Positions 18,694 to 27,608 of a DNA stretch of 64,000 bases are shown piece by piece. Within the stretch, counting starts at the first letter, position 1; every line of letters starts with the position of its first letter. Position numbers and translations under genes: made by a program. The stretch is from assembly GCA_965246895.1 (NCBI GenBank), contig OZ251993.1, positions 256,490 through 320,489 of the forward strand, given 5' to 3'. The DNA comes from Alphaproteobacteria bacterium. Its GTDB lineage: Bacteria; Pseudomonadota; Alphaproteobacteria; JAIXQD01. The notes below the pieces were generated by a model. It was given only the letters and a program-made list of their open reading frames with translations. It had not been told where the DNA came from and ran no database searches.

Positions 18694-19170
18694 TTAATGC
18701 GTTTTAGTGCCGTCAAGTGTCGGTGCTGAAGCGCCACCATCAATCGCGATCATGCGTGGCTTTGCGGCTTCCGGCACTTCGCGCGTCAGCTCGATATGCA
18801 AGAGGCCATTTTCCAACTTCGCGGCGCCAACCTTGATATGATCAGCCAATTGGAAACGACGTTCAAACGCGCGGGCGGCAATGCCGCGATGCAGATATTC
18901 ATTCTTCTCAGCCTCTTTATCCTGCTTGCCTTGAATGATCAGGGCATTTTCCTGCGCAGTGATCGTCAGGTCGCTCTGCGCAAATCCGGCAACGGCCATG
19001 GTGATGCGGTAGCTATCTTCGCTGCGCTTTTCAATATTGTAGGGCGGATAGCTGGGCGCGGTTTCGTCAAGCTTAAGCGCGCTATCGACCAGGCGCGAAA
19101 GGGAATCAAATCCTACCGACGAACGGAACAGTGGGGTCAGGTCAAAGGGTGTTAATTGGGTCGTACGCAT
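18694..19170 (-). CDS. Small heat shock protein, Hsp20/alpha-crystallin family
   Basis: Alpha-crystallin domain (YNIEKRSEDSYRITMAVAGF ... GLLHIEL). Confidence 0.9.
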   Translation of the reverse strand: MRTTQLTPFDLTPLFRSSVGFDSLSRLVDSALKLDETAPSYPPYNIEKRSEDSYRITMAVAGFAQSDLTITAQENALIIQGKQDKEAEKNEYLHRGIAARAFERRFQLADHIKVGAAKLENGLLHIELTREVPEAAKPRMIAIDGGASAPTLDGTKTH

Positions 19171-19471
19171 GGTTCATCTCCAAAAAGCGAGTTAAACATC
19201 GAAAAAAAGCCCGAATAATCGGCGCTTTTCTTCGTGAATATAGTTAGGAAGCGGTCAAGCCTGCTTCAAGACTAGGCAAATAACAAAATTTAAGCGTAGT
19301 AAATCAATGACTTAGCTCGTTAACGTCTTTAAAGCTTTCATTCAACGATTTTTAATCTCCTCCCGTCATGATGGGACATATCAGAGGAACAAAGAGCGAT
19401 GGGGGTCGCGTTTTGTACCGAACACAAATGCAAAGTCGCGCAAGTGACAACAATTCGGGGGAATTGGGCTT

Positions 19472-20002
19472 ATGACAAATATCGTATCATTCGGCGGGGG
19501 CGCGAATGGCTTCAATAGCGAGAGCCGCTTCATCGAGCAGGCGCTGGAAGACGGTATCGCGCTTCTGGTCGAAGCCAAGAATTATATCAGTTATCAGGAA
19601 AAGCGGGAACGCGAGAGCGCTGCCCTCTCAACCGGCTTGCGCATCGGTTACCAGCAAACGCGTCTGACGGCCCGCATCATGCATAGCCTCGCATGGCTAT
19701 TGGGCCATAAAGCGATTGCTGCGGGTGAAATTCTGCCGGAGCAACTGGAAGCGGCCGATTGGAAATTGGGTGGCGGTGCTGATTGCTTTACGACTTATGG
19801 GGAGACGAGTGAAAGCCTGCCAAAGGGCCTGCGCGATATGCTCGCACGCAGCCATGCTTTTTATGCACGTGTCGCACGTTTGGAAACCATGATGCAGGCA
19901 GTAGATAAAGTGCAGGCGCCAAAGCGCTACGATGCCAAGCCAACTTTCATGGGCTTGCGTCTCGTATCAAGTGACGTCAGCGATACGGCAATGCGCGCAT
20001 AA
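19472..20002 (+). CDS. DUF1465 family protein (conserved alphaproteobacterial)
   Basis: 176 aa. The RLTARIMHSLAWLLGHKAIAAGE segment matches what I recall of DUF1465. Confidence 0.55.
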   Translation: MTNIVSFGGGANGFNSESRFIEQALEDGIALLVEAKNYISYQEKRERESAALSTGLRIGYQQTRLTARIMHSLAWLLGHKAIAAGEILPEQLEAADWKLGGGADCFTTYGETSESLPKGLRDMLARSHAFYARVARLETMMQAVDKVQAPKRYDAKPTFMGLRLVSSDVSDTAMRA

Positions 20003-20110
20003 TACTTTTTAAAAGTGGGATTGGTCTCCCTCTGCAACCCTGTGGCCTCCGCCACATGCAAGCCGCCGTTCTGAGCCATCAGAACGGCGGTTTTGGGTTG
20101 GGGCATAATA

Positions 20111-20836
20111 TCAAAACGGAGCGCGCCTGATATCCATATGATTGAACGGCCAGGGTGAATCGGAATGTAAGGCGCGATAGGGTGAGCTACGGTGCTGGCC
20201 ATCGCGCGGTAAAAGCGCAACGCTATTCGCAGCGCCATGAATGATGCCCCCATTCGCTAGAAAATAGCTTGTTAGAAAATCATCATACTCTGGCTTGGTG
20301 CCTGTGCGCCGAAGATGTCCAAACCGTTGTTGAACCGATGGCGGAAGATCTTGCAAGCGCATGTCGCCTGCAGGGAATTGCGTATTAAGCGTCTCGGTAC
20401 GGCTGAAAATCATATACATGCGCTGGCCCGGCGCTTCGGGCACATCGGCATGAAAGAAAGGGGCAAGCGATTTGTAACTGCCAGCGCAATTATGGAAAAC
20501 TTCGGTGGCCGTAAAACTATCGCCCATGTCAAATGTGCCGAAATGGCGCGCTTCGAATCCCAATACTGCCCGCCATTGCGCAGTGTGTATCAAGTCACTG
20601 TCGCGCATAGGCTTGTCGGTTGTCGTTGAAACAAACTGCTCGCCATCGTGCCAATATTCTGAAGAGCGATAGAAGATATCGTTCTCCCGTAGCAGCCCTG
20701 CGTATGTTGCTGGGTCGTGGGCGCGTTTACTTTCGGCCTCTGACACTGTGCCGATCGTGATGGCCCGCCGGGTAGCGCCCTGCAAGGTTGCTGTATCGAG
20801 ATCGAAAAAGGTGATGGGTGGGATCATACAGGTCAT
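20111..20836 (-). CDS. Hypothetical protein (241 aa), downstream member of an overlapping two-gene unit
   Basis: Long ORF with balanced composition and no credible competing ORF on the other strand. Its ATGA overlaps the upstream ORF. No motif recognised. Confidence 0.45.
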   Translation of the reverse strand: MTCMIPPITFFDLDTATLQGATRRAITIGTVSEAESKRAHDPATYAGLLRENDIFYRSSEYWHDGEQFVSTTTDKPMRDSDLIHTAQWRAVLGFEARHFGTFDMGDSFTATEVFHNCAGSYKSLAPFFHADVPEAPGQRMYMIFSRTETLNTQFPAGDMRLQDLPPSVQQRFGHLRRTGTKPEYDDFLTSYFLANGGIIHGAANSVALLPRDGQHRSSPYRALHSDSPWPFNHMDIRRAPF

Positions 20837-21564
20837 CCAAAATCAAAGCGCGGAAACGTCCACAACCCGCTATTTTCGCGATAGTGCGGAGATGATCGAT
20901 GCGGCGTTTCACCGAAGAGTTCGACGACTTCATTCTCACCGATTTGCGCTATAGCGTTCGCATTTCCCAAAAAAGCCGACACTGCTTTGTCGCGGGCATC
21001 GGCTGGCGTGAAAACACCGAAAGCGAGCAGTGTGGTTGGTACGGGGATCGTGGCATATTGCGTATTATAGGCCCGCTGCGGACCACCGATTATCACTTGG
21101 CGCGTATAGGGATCATGCGGCAAGCCATCCCGATGCCAAAACGGCGCTTTAGCTGATTGTTCTTTAGGCACATATCTTTGATGAAGGTCAAAAATGATCG
21201 GCCAGCGTTGCTGCAAGGGCTGTGCTGCTGCCATTCGTCGGCTGATGGCGCAACCGATGTTGCGAAGGCCGCTTTCCACAAGATCGCCAGCGCGCTCGCC
21301 ACGCGGTGTCTGGCGATGGGTAAAGGCAAAGTCGTGCTGCTGATCGATATGGTAGCGATGCACGCCCAGTGGTACGGCCGCTATCAAATTGGCACCGGCA
21401 TTGGATAGCCTGCCGAGGATGCGCGGCGTGCGGTCGCCGGGTACGTGCTGCGGCAGGTCGTAAAAGTCGATCAGGTGCGTGCTAAATGAATTTGTCATAA
21501 TGTGCTTTAATATCTTGGGATAGAAAAAGGGTATGCCGTGAAGCATACCCCCTAAATCGTGCAA
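20833..21564 (-). CDS. Hypothetical protein (243 aa), upstream member of the two-gene unit
   Basis: Long ORF. Its stop overlaps the start of the 20111-20836 ORF by 4 nt. No motif recognised. Confidence 0.45.
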   Translation of the reverse strand: MHDLGGMLHGIPFFYPKILKHIMTNSFSTHLIDFYDLPQHVPGDRTPRILGRLSNAGANLIAAVPLGVHRYHIDQQHDFAFTHRQTPRGERAGDLVESGLRNIGCAISRRMAAAQPLQQRWPIIFDLHQRYVPKEQSAKAPFWHRDGLPHDPYTRQVIIGGPQRAYNTQYATIPVPTTLLAFGVFTPADARDKAVSAFLGNANAIAQIGENEVVELFGETPHRSSPHYRENSGLWTFPRFDFG

Positions 21565-21582
21565 GTAATTCGCAGAAAGTTT

Positions 21583-21843
21583 TTAAGCTTTCTTTTCTTC
21601 CTTGGCCTCTTGGCCCTTGGAAGCGGCAGAGCCAATGCCGGAAAAACGCTTGTTAAACTTGTCGAGCTGGTTACCGCGATTCAGCAGGCCAGTGTTGCCG
21701 GTCCAGGCTGGGTGCGTCTTCGGGTCAATGTCAAGGCGGATCGTGTCGCCTTCTTTGCCCCAAGTGCTCTTGGTCTGGTAAATCGTGCCGTCAACCATGG
21801 TCACGTTGATCGTGTGGTATTTCGGGTGAATTTCTTTTTTCAT
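21583..21843 (-). CDS. rpmE: 50S ribosomal protein L31
   Basis: [29 protein letters not shown] is a typical L31 N-terminus. Confidence 0.9.
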   Translation of the reverse strand: MKKEIHPKYHTINVTMVDGTIYQTKSTWGKEGDTIRLDIDPKTHPAWTGNTGLLNRGNQLDKFNKRFSGIGSAASKGQEAKEEKKA

Positions 21844-22084
21844 CGCGCTAATCCTTTGCAGAGAACCGATGCCGACCGGTTCCGAGCGGCTGTTTTACGG
21901 GGGCATGAGCCTTTAAGGCAAGCAAAACTTGACTTGCAGCGGTAGATTTACCTATAAAGAGCGCGATTTCAGACATTTCTGACGATCAAGCCGCCAGCCC
22001 GGGCCATGTTCGGGCAGGTAAACAAGGGTTAAAGCCTGTCCGCGAGGGTTCGCGCACAGGCTCTATTTTGTATTGGACGATTAA

Positions 22085-23536
22085 GTGCTCGACACTTTGA
22101 GCGATAAACTGACCGGCATTTTCCAGCGTCTCGCTGGGCGCGGCGCTTTGACCGAAGAGTTGGTCGGCGAAGCCTTACGCGAAGTGCGGCTGGCGTTATT
22201 GGAAGCCGATGTTGCCTTGCCCGTCGTGCGCAGCTTCGTGGCGGCCATTAAAGACAAAGCCGTTGGCGTCGAGACGATCAAGTCGATCGCGCCCGCACAA
22301 CAGGTCATCAAGACTGTCCATGACGAGTTAGTGAGTTTGCTGGGCGCGTCCGCCGTGCCGCTGAACCTGAATGTACCAGCACCCGCCGTGATTTTGATGG
22401 CAGGCTTGCAAGGCGCGGGCAAGACGACGACTGCGGGTAAGCTGGCGAAGCGGTTGATCGAGACGGACAAAAAACGCGTGTTGCTGGCATCGCTCGACAT
22501 CTATCGCCCGGCGGCGCAGAAGCAGCTCGCGCTATTGGCGGAGCAAGTAAATGCCGGGTCGCTGGAGATTATCGAGGGGCAACAGCCGGTCGAAATCGCG
22601 CGCCGCGCGCTCGCTACCGCAAAACGTGAAAATTACGATATTCTCATTCTCGATACCGCAGGGCGCACCACCATCGATCAAGTGATGATGGATGAAATCC
22701 GTGCGGTGGTAGCTGCCGTGCCGCCGGCTGAAACCCTGCTGGTACTAGACGCCATGACCGGGCAGGACGCCGTTGCGACGGCCGAAGCCTTTGGCGCAGC
22801 GCTTGACGTGACCGGCACAGTCTTGACACGGATTGACGGCGATGCCCGCGGCGGTGCCGCGCTCTCCCTCCGCTCTGTTACCGGCAAGCCGATCAAATTT
22901 TTAGGTACCGGCGAGAAGCTGGACGGGCTCGAGCCGTTCCACCCTGACCGTTTGGCAGGCCGCATCCTGGGGATGGGCGATGTCGTCTCGCTGGTTGAGC
23001 AGGCGATGGGCAAGATCGACCAGGAAGCCGCACAGAAGCAGGCCGAGAAATTGGCGAAGGGCACGTTCGATCTCAACGACCTATCGGCACAGCTGGGGCA
23101 GATGCAAAACATGGGCGGGCTTGGCGGCATCCTAAATTTCCTGCCGGGCGCGGGGCAGCTGAAGACCGCGTTGGGCCAGGCGAATATCGACGACAAGGTG
23201 ATCGTGCGGCAGCGTGCCATCATCAGCAGCATGACGCGGGCTGAACGCGCGACGCCAGGCCTCATCAACGGCCCGCGCCGCCGGCGCATTGCTAATGGCT
23301 CTGGCGTGAAGGTCGAAGACGTGAACCGGCTTATGAAGCAATACATGCAGATGGCCGACATGATGAAGATGTTCAAAAAAGGCGGCAGCAAAGGCATGAT
23401 GCGCCAGATGGCCGGGATGATGGGCAATAAATTGAATCCATTCAGCGGCGGCATGCCTGGAGGTATGCCAGGCGGCATGAATTCAGAGATGGCTGCGCAG
23501 CTAGAGCAACTTAAAAACCAGTTCAACAAAAAGTAA
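22085..23536 (+). CDS. ffh: Signal recognition particle protein Ffh
   Basis: GTG start. N domain, G domain ([18 protein letters not shown]; DTAGR; [10 protein letters not shown]) and the Met-rich M domain. Confidence 0.95.
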   Translation: MLDTLSDKLTGIFQRLAGRGALTEELVGEALREVRLALLEADVALPVVRSFVAAIKDKAVGVETIKSIAPAQQVIKTVHDELVSLLGASAVPLNLNVPAPAVILMAGLQGAGKTTTAGKLAKRLIETDKKRVLLASLDIYRPAAQKQLALLAEQVNAGSLEIIEGQQPVEIARRALATAKRENYDILILDTAGRTTIDQVMMDEIRAVVAAVPPAETLLVLDAMTGQDAVATAEAFGAALDVTGTVLTRIDGDARGGAALSLRSVTGKPIKFLGTGEKLDGLEPFHPDRLAGRILGMGDVVSLVEQAMGKIDQEAAQKQAEKLAKGTFDLNDLSAQLGQMQNMGGLGGILNFLPGAGQLKTALGQANIDDKVIVRQRAIISSMTRAERATPGLINGPRRRRIANGSGVKVEDVNRLMKQYMQMADMMKMFKKGGSKGMMRQMAGMMGNKLNPFSGGMPGGMPGGMNSEMAAQLEQLKNQFNKK

Positions 23537-23573
23537 ACGCAACCAATCAACGACCAACAAAAGGAAAAACACC

Positions 23574-24095
23574 ATGGCAACCGTAATCCGTCTCGCCCGC
23601 GCTGGCGCCAAGAAGCGCCCATTCTACCCGATCGTCGTGACCGACAGCCGCAATGCGCGCGATGGCCGCTATATCGAGCAAGTAGGCTCATACAACCCAA
23701 TGCTGCCGCGTGATCATGCCGACCGCATTAAGCTCTCGACCGAGCGGTTGCAGCACTGGCTCACGGTTGGTGCGCAACCGACAGAGCGCGTAGCGCTGTT
23801 CCTGTCGAACGCAGGGCTGATCAAGGCCAAGCCGCAAGTGGCGAGCCCGAAGAAATCTGCACCAAAGGCTAAGGCGCAAGAGCGCCTACGCGAGCAGACC
23901 GAGAAGGCTGAATCCGCAAAGCAGGCCGAAGCCGACGCTAAGCAAGCCGCTGCTGACGAAGCCGCTTCCGCCAAGGCCGCCGCTGCTGAAGCTGCCGCAG
24001 CACCAGCGGTTGAAGAAGCTCCTGCTGCTGAAGCATCAGCTGCAGAAACACCGGCTGCTGAAGAGGCCGTTGCTGACGAAAGCAAGGACGCTTAA
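23574..24095 (+). CDS. rpsP: 30S ribosomal protein S16 with Ala/Glu-rich C-terminal extension
   Basis: [22 protein letters not shown]... followed by a roughly 90-aa low-complexity tail. Confidence 0.9.
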   Translation: MATVIRLARAGAKKRPFYPIVVTDSRNARDGRYIEQVGSYNPMLPRDHADRIKLSTERLQHWLTVGAQPTERVALFLSNAGLIKAKPQVASPKKSAPKAKAQERLREQTEKAESAKQAEADAKQAAADEAASAKAAAAEAAAAPAVEEAPAAEASAAETPAAEEAVADESKDA

Positions 24096-24096
24096 G

Positions 24097-24633
24097 TTGG
24101 CTGATACCACGCAGAGCAGATTGGTCTGCGTGGGAGAGATTGCCGCGCCACATGGGGTAAAGGGGGGCTTGCGCGTGCGCAGCTTTACTGAACCTCCGGC
24201 GCGGCTTTTTTCTTATGCGCTGCAGGATGAAAGTGGCAAGCTGGTATCGCTTATGCAACGCGGTGCTGACCCGCGGCCCGAATTATTTATCATCGAGATC
24301 GCCGGCGTGAAATCGCGCGAAGGCGCGGAAGCGCTGCGCGGCACTAAACTTTATACCGAACGATCGGCGCTGCCGGCACCAGACGCGGGCGAATATTATC
24401 TGAGTGATCTAATCGGGCTGCGCGTACGCACCGAAGCGGGTGACGACTGCGGGCGCATTGTCGCCATGCATAACTTTGGCGCAGGCGACATTCTGGAAAT
24501 CAAATCCGGTAAGCAGAGCTTTATGCTGCCGTTTAATGATGACTGCGTGCCGCAGGTGGATCTCGCGGGTGGATTGGTGACCATCATCATGCCGGTTGAA
24601 GTGATCGGCGAGCCAGATCGCGGCGACGCGTGA
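24097..24633 (+). CDS. rimM: 16S rRNA processing protein RimM
   Basis: RimM/PRC-barrel pattern (VGEIAAPHGVKGGLRV ... EYYLSDLIGL). The likely TTG start is 2 nt after the rpsP stop. Confidence 0.8.
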   Translation: MADTTQSRLVCVGEIAAPHGVKGGLRVRSFTEPPARLFSYALQDESGKLVSLMQRGADPRPELFIIEIAGVKSREGAEALRGTKLYTERSALPAPDAGEYYLSDLIGLRVRTEAGDDCGRIVAMHNFGAGDILEIKSGKQSFMLPFNDDCVPQVDLAGGLVTIIMPVEVIGEPDRGDA

Positions 24634-25346
24634 GCTTTACCGCAACCATCCTAACGCTGTTTCCGGAATTGTTTCCCGGACCGCTGGCAGCCAGCCTTGC
24701 GGGCGCAGCACTGGCGCGCGGCGATTGGATGTGCGAGACAATACAATTACGCGATTTTGCGACTGACAAGCATTGCACGGTCGATGATACGCCCTATGGC
24801 GGTGGCGCAGGGATGGTGCTGCGGCCCGATATCGTGGCGGCAGCCATTCGGGCGGCGAAAGCAAAACAGCCAGATGCACCCATTATCTATCTGTCGCCAC
24901 GCGGTGCGCCACTGACCCAGGCACGGTTGCAGCAGCTTGCTACCGGTTCTGGTATAACACTGCTTTGCGGGCGCTACGAAGGTGTCGACCAACGCGTGCT
25001 GGAGACGGAAAGCGTCGAAGAAATTTCGATTGGCGATTATGTGCTGCTGGGGGGTGAACTGCCCGCAATGGTGCTGTTAGAAGGTCTTGTGCGGCTCTTG
25101 CCCGGCACGGTCGGCAACGACGCGACGCACGATGAAGAAAGTTTCTCGAACGGCTTGCTGGAATATCCGCATTACACCCGCCCCGCGGCGTGGGAAGGGC
25201 AGGCGGTGCCGGAGGTGCTGCTCTCGGGCCATCATGCCGAGATCGAGCGCTGGCGGCTCGGCGAGGCTGAAAGCCTGACCCGCGAGCGGCGCTCCGACCT
25301 TTGGCGCCGTTATGAGGCTCAAAAATCCACTAAAAAACAAAAATAG
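24630..25346 (+). CDS. trmD: tRNA (guanine37-N1)-methyltransferase
   Basis: SPOUT/TrmD motifs (ILTLFPE ... YLSPRG ... GRYEGVDQR ... SIGDYVLLGGELPAMVL). The GTG start overlaps the rimM stop. Confidence 0.9.
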   Translation: MSFTATILTLFPELFPGPLAASLAGAALARGDWMCETIQLRDFATDKHCTVDDTPYGGGAGMVLRPDIVAAAIRAAKAKQPDAPIIYLSPRGAPLTQARLQQLATGSGITLLCGRYEGVDQRVLETESVEEISIGDYVLLGGELPAMVLLEGLVRLLPGTVGNDATHDEESFSNGLLEYPHYTRPAAWEGQAVPEVLLSGHHAEIERWRLGEAESLTRERRSDLWRRYEAQKSTKKQK

Positions 25347-25421
25347 CCCGCTTTTGCTTGCAATTAGCCCCACTTCCCGTTACAAACCCCCACGATTTAA
25401 GAATACCCTAAGGACAGCAGC

Positions 25422-25808
25422 ATGCAAAACGCCATCATCCAAGGCATCGAAAAAGCCCAGCAGCAAAAAGCGCTTGGCGATAAAAAGATTCCGACTTTTA
25501 GCCCGGGCGATACCGTTAAGGTCAACGTGAAGGTCGTCGAAGGCACGCGCGAGCGGATTCAGGCCTATGAAGGTGTTGTGATCGCCCGCCGCAATGCCGG
25601 CATCAATTCATCATTCACCGTGCGGAAGATCAGCTATGGCTTCGGCGTTGAGCGGGTATTCCCGCTTTATAGCCCTCGCCTTGACTCAATCCAACTCGTC
25701 CGCAAAGGCGAAGTGCGCCGCGCCAAGCTCTATTACCTGCGCGATCGTCGTGGCAAGAGCGCCCGTATCGCCGAGCGCACGACTGGCCACGGCATGTCGG
25801 AAGACTAA
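25422..25808 (+). CDS. rplS: 50S ribosomal protein L19
   Basis: Canonical L19 sequence ([33 protein letters not shown]). Confidence 0.95.
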   Translation: MQNAIIQGIEKAQQQKALGDKKIPTFSPGDTVKVNVKVVEGTRERIQAYEGVVIARRNAGINSSFTVRKISYGFGVERVFPLYSPRLDSIQLVRKGEVRRAKLYYLRDRRGKSARIAERTTGHGMSED

Positions 25809-25836
25809 TCGTTTCTATTGAGATATCGACATTTAA

Positions 25837-25865
25837 AGGCTGGACGGAAGTCCGGCCTTTTCCTT
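25837..25865 (+). terminator. Rho-independent terminator after the rpsP-rimM-trmD-rplS operon
   Basis: ggctggac-ggaa-gtccggcc hairpin followed by ttttcctttac. Confidence 0.7.
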
Positions 25866-25875
25866 TACTGGGGTT

Positions 25876-26283
25876 ATGGAATTTGACCCAGACACCAACC
25901 AGCCTTTGCCGCGTTTGCTTGAACCTGCTGGTTTCTGGTGGCGGGCGCTAGCATTCTGGTTGGATGGTATGGTTGTTTGCCTTGCAACCGGCTTGTTGAG
26001 TCTTCTCGGCGTGGGACCACTCGGCATTATTGTTGGTTGGCTCTACTATGCCGTTATGGAAACCAGCCGCTGGCAAGCAACACTCGGTAAGCGCGCCGTT
26101 GGACTAATCGTGGTGACAGAGAATTATGAGACCTTGACGTTTGCACGCGCCAGCGGACGGTATTTCGGTAAAATCCTCTCCGCCTTTATTCTCAATATCG
26201 GTTTTATCATGGCTGCCTTCACCGAGAAGAAACAAGCGCTGCACGATATCATAGCCAAAACGTTGGTAGTGAAAGTGCGATGA
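25876..26283 (+). CDS. RDD family membrane protein
   Basis: RDD-like pattern in a 3-TM small protein (WWRALAFWLDGMVV ... KRAVGLIVV ... ALHDIIAKTLVV). Confidence 0.7.
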   Translation: MEFDPDTNQPLPRLLEPAGFWWRALAFWLDGMVVCLATGLLSLLGVGPLGIIVGWLYYAVMETSRWQATLGKRAVGLIVVTENYETLTFARASGRYFGKILSAFILNIGFIMAAFTEKKQALHDIIAKTLVVKVR

Positions 26284-27509
26284 CGGCGTCGGCCGGGCCA
26301 GCGCTGACAAGTAAAATCTTCAATGCCATCGTCATCGTCTCGGCGCTCGGTTACTTCGTCGATATTTACGACTACTATATTTTTCTTGTCTCGCGCTTAG
26401 CGGTACTGAGAGACTTTGGCATTAGCGGCGGAGGATTAACTGAGACGGGGCTCTATCTCGTCAATATGCAGTTTGCAGGCTTGCTAGCTGGCGGCATTTT
26501 CTTTGGCATTCTGGGCGATAAGCTGGGGCGAAAACAAAGCCTGCTTGTCTCCATCTTGATTTATTCAGTGTCCACATTAGCCAGCGGCCTGACACAAGAT
26601 TTTGATACATTTGCCCTCCTGCGTTTCATTGCTGGCTTCGGCATTGCGGGCGAGGTCGGCGTCGGGGTGACACTAATAAGTGAAATTATGAGCCGCGAAA
26701 AACGTGCGTTCGGGGTCATTATCTTTGCGGGCGTTGGTTTATTCGGTGTCGTTGTGGCGGGGCTGCTCTCGCAATACCTGCCGTGGCGCACATGTTATAT
26801 CATCGGCGGTGTTGCTGGATTGCTGCTGCTGTTGATGCGAACGTTGGTGGTTGAACCTTCAATGTTCAAGAAATTGCGCGAGAGTAAAGTCACGCGTGGC
26901 TCGCTGCGCTGTCTTTTTGGCAGCCGCGTGCATGTCCGGCGTTATCTATTGTGCATTCTATTGGCGGTTCCGATATTTTTCGGCGTCAGCATCGTCATGA
27001 CCTTTTCACCGGAACTGGCAGCCGCCATGGGCGTGGCGGAGCCGGTAACGGCGGCGACCACTATGATCTATAGTTATGTCGCGATGGTGACCGGCGAGAT
27101 CGCGATCGGCCTGCTAAGCGAGCGCCTGCAGAGCCGCCGCCGCGTGATCTTCGGCAGCCTGGTCTGCATGGCGGCAATTCTGCTGGCCGGACTGGTTACA
27201 GGCATAAGCACAGCTACGCAATATTATGCCTTTGCTGCCGCAGTTGGCTTCTGCATGGGCTATTGGGTGAATTTTATTGCGCTATCGGCAGAGCAGTTCG
27301 ACACCAATCTGCGAGCAACAGCCGCGACCTCGATCCCGAATTTTGCGCGCGGTACAACGGTGCTGGTCAACCTCGCCTTTCTGCATCTAAAAAATCAAGG
27401 TATTGCGATGGCCGCTGGGATCATTGGTCTAACCTGTATAGCGATTGCCCTGGTTGCCTTAAAATTGCTGCCGGAAAGTTACGGCAAAGATTTGGATTAC
27501 GTAGATTAG
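26280..27509 (+). CDS. MFS transporter
   Basis: 12-TM profile with the MFS motif A-like GDKLGRKQ loop. ATGA overlap with the RDD gene. Confidence 0.85.
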   Translation: MTASAGPALTSKIFNAIVIVSALGYFVDIYDYYIFLVSRLAVLRDFGISGGGLTETGLYLVNMQFAGLLAGGIFFGILGDKLGRKQSLLVSILIYSVSTLASGLTQDFDTFALLRFIAGFGIAGEVGVGVTLISEIMSREKRAFGVIIFAGVGLFGVVVAGLLSQYLPWRTCYIIGGVAGLLLLLMRTLVVEPSMFKKLRESKVTRGSLRCLFGSRVHVRRYLLCILLAVPIFFGVSIVMTFSPELAAAMGVAEPVTAATTMIYSYVAMVTGEIAIGLLSERLQSRRRVIFGSLVCMAAILLAGLVTGISTATQYYAFAAAVGFCMGYWVNFIALSAEQFDTNLRATAATSIPNFARGTTVLVNLAFLHLKNQGIAMAAGIIGLTCIAIALVALKLLPESYGKDLDYVD

Positions 27510-27608
27510 CGCGTTGTGCAGCGCACCCTCTGGCTCTAGCCGCATTACAATGACAGCGCTAAGGTCACCGCTCGCCTAAAAATATGACCAACAGATGAGC
27601 TAGACGCT

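Noticed and set aside
19203-19233. Hairpin plus U-tract resembling an intrinsic terminator
   Set aside because: It lies between divergently transcribed genes, so it is not a gene-end terminator. It is mentioned only as a possible leader structure of hsp20.
22678-23700. 340-aa minus-strand ORF
   Set aside because: It is antisense to ffh, which has unambiguous SRP54 motifs. Long antisense ORFs are expected at about 60% GC.
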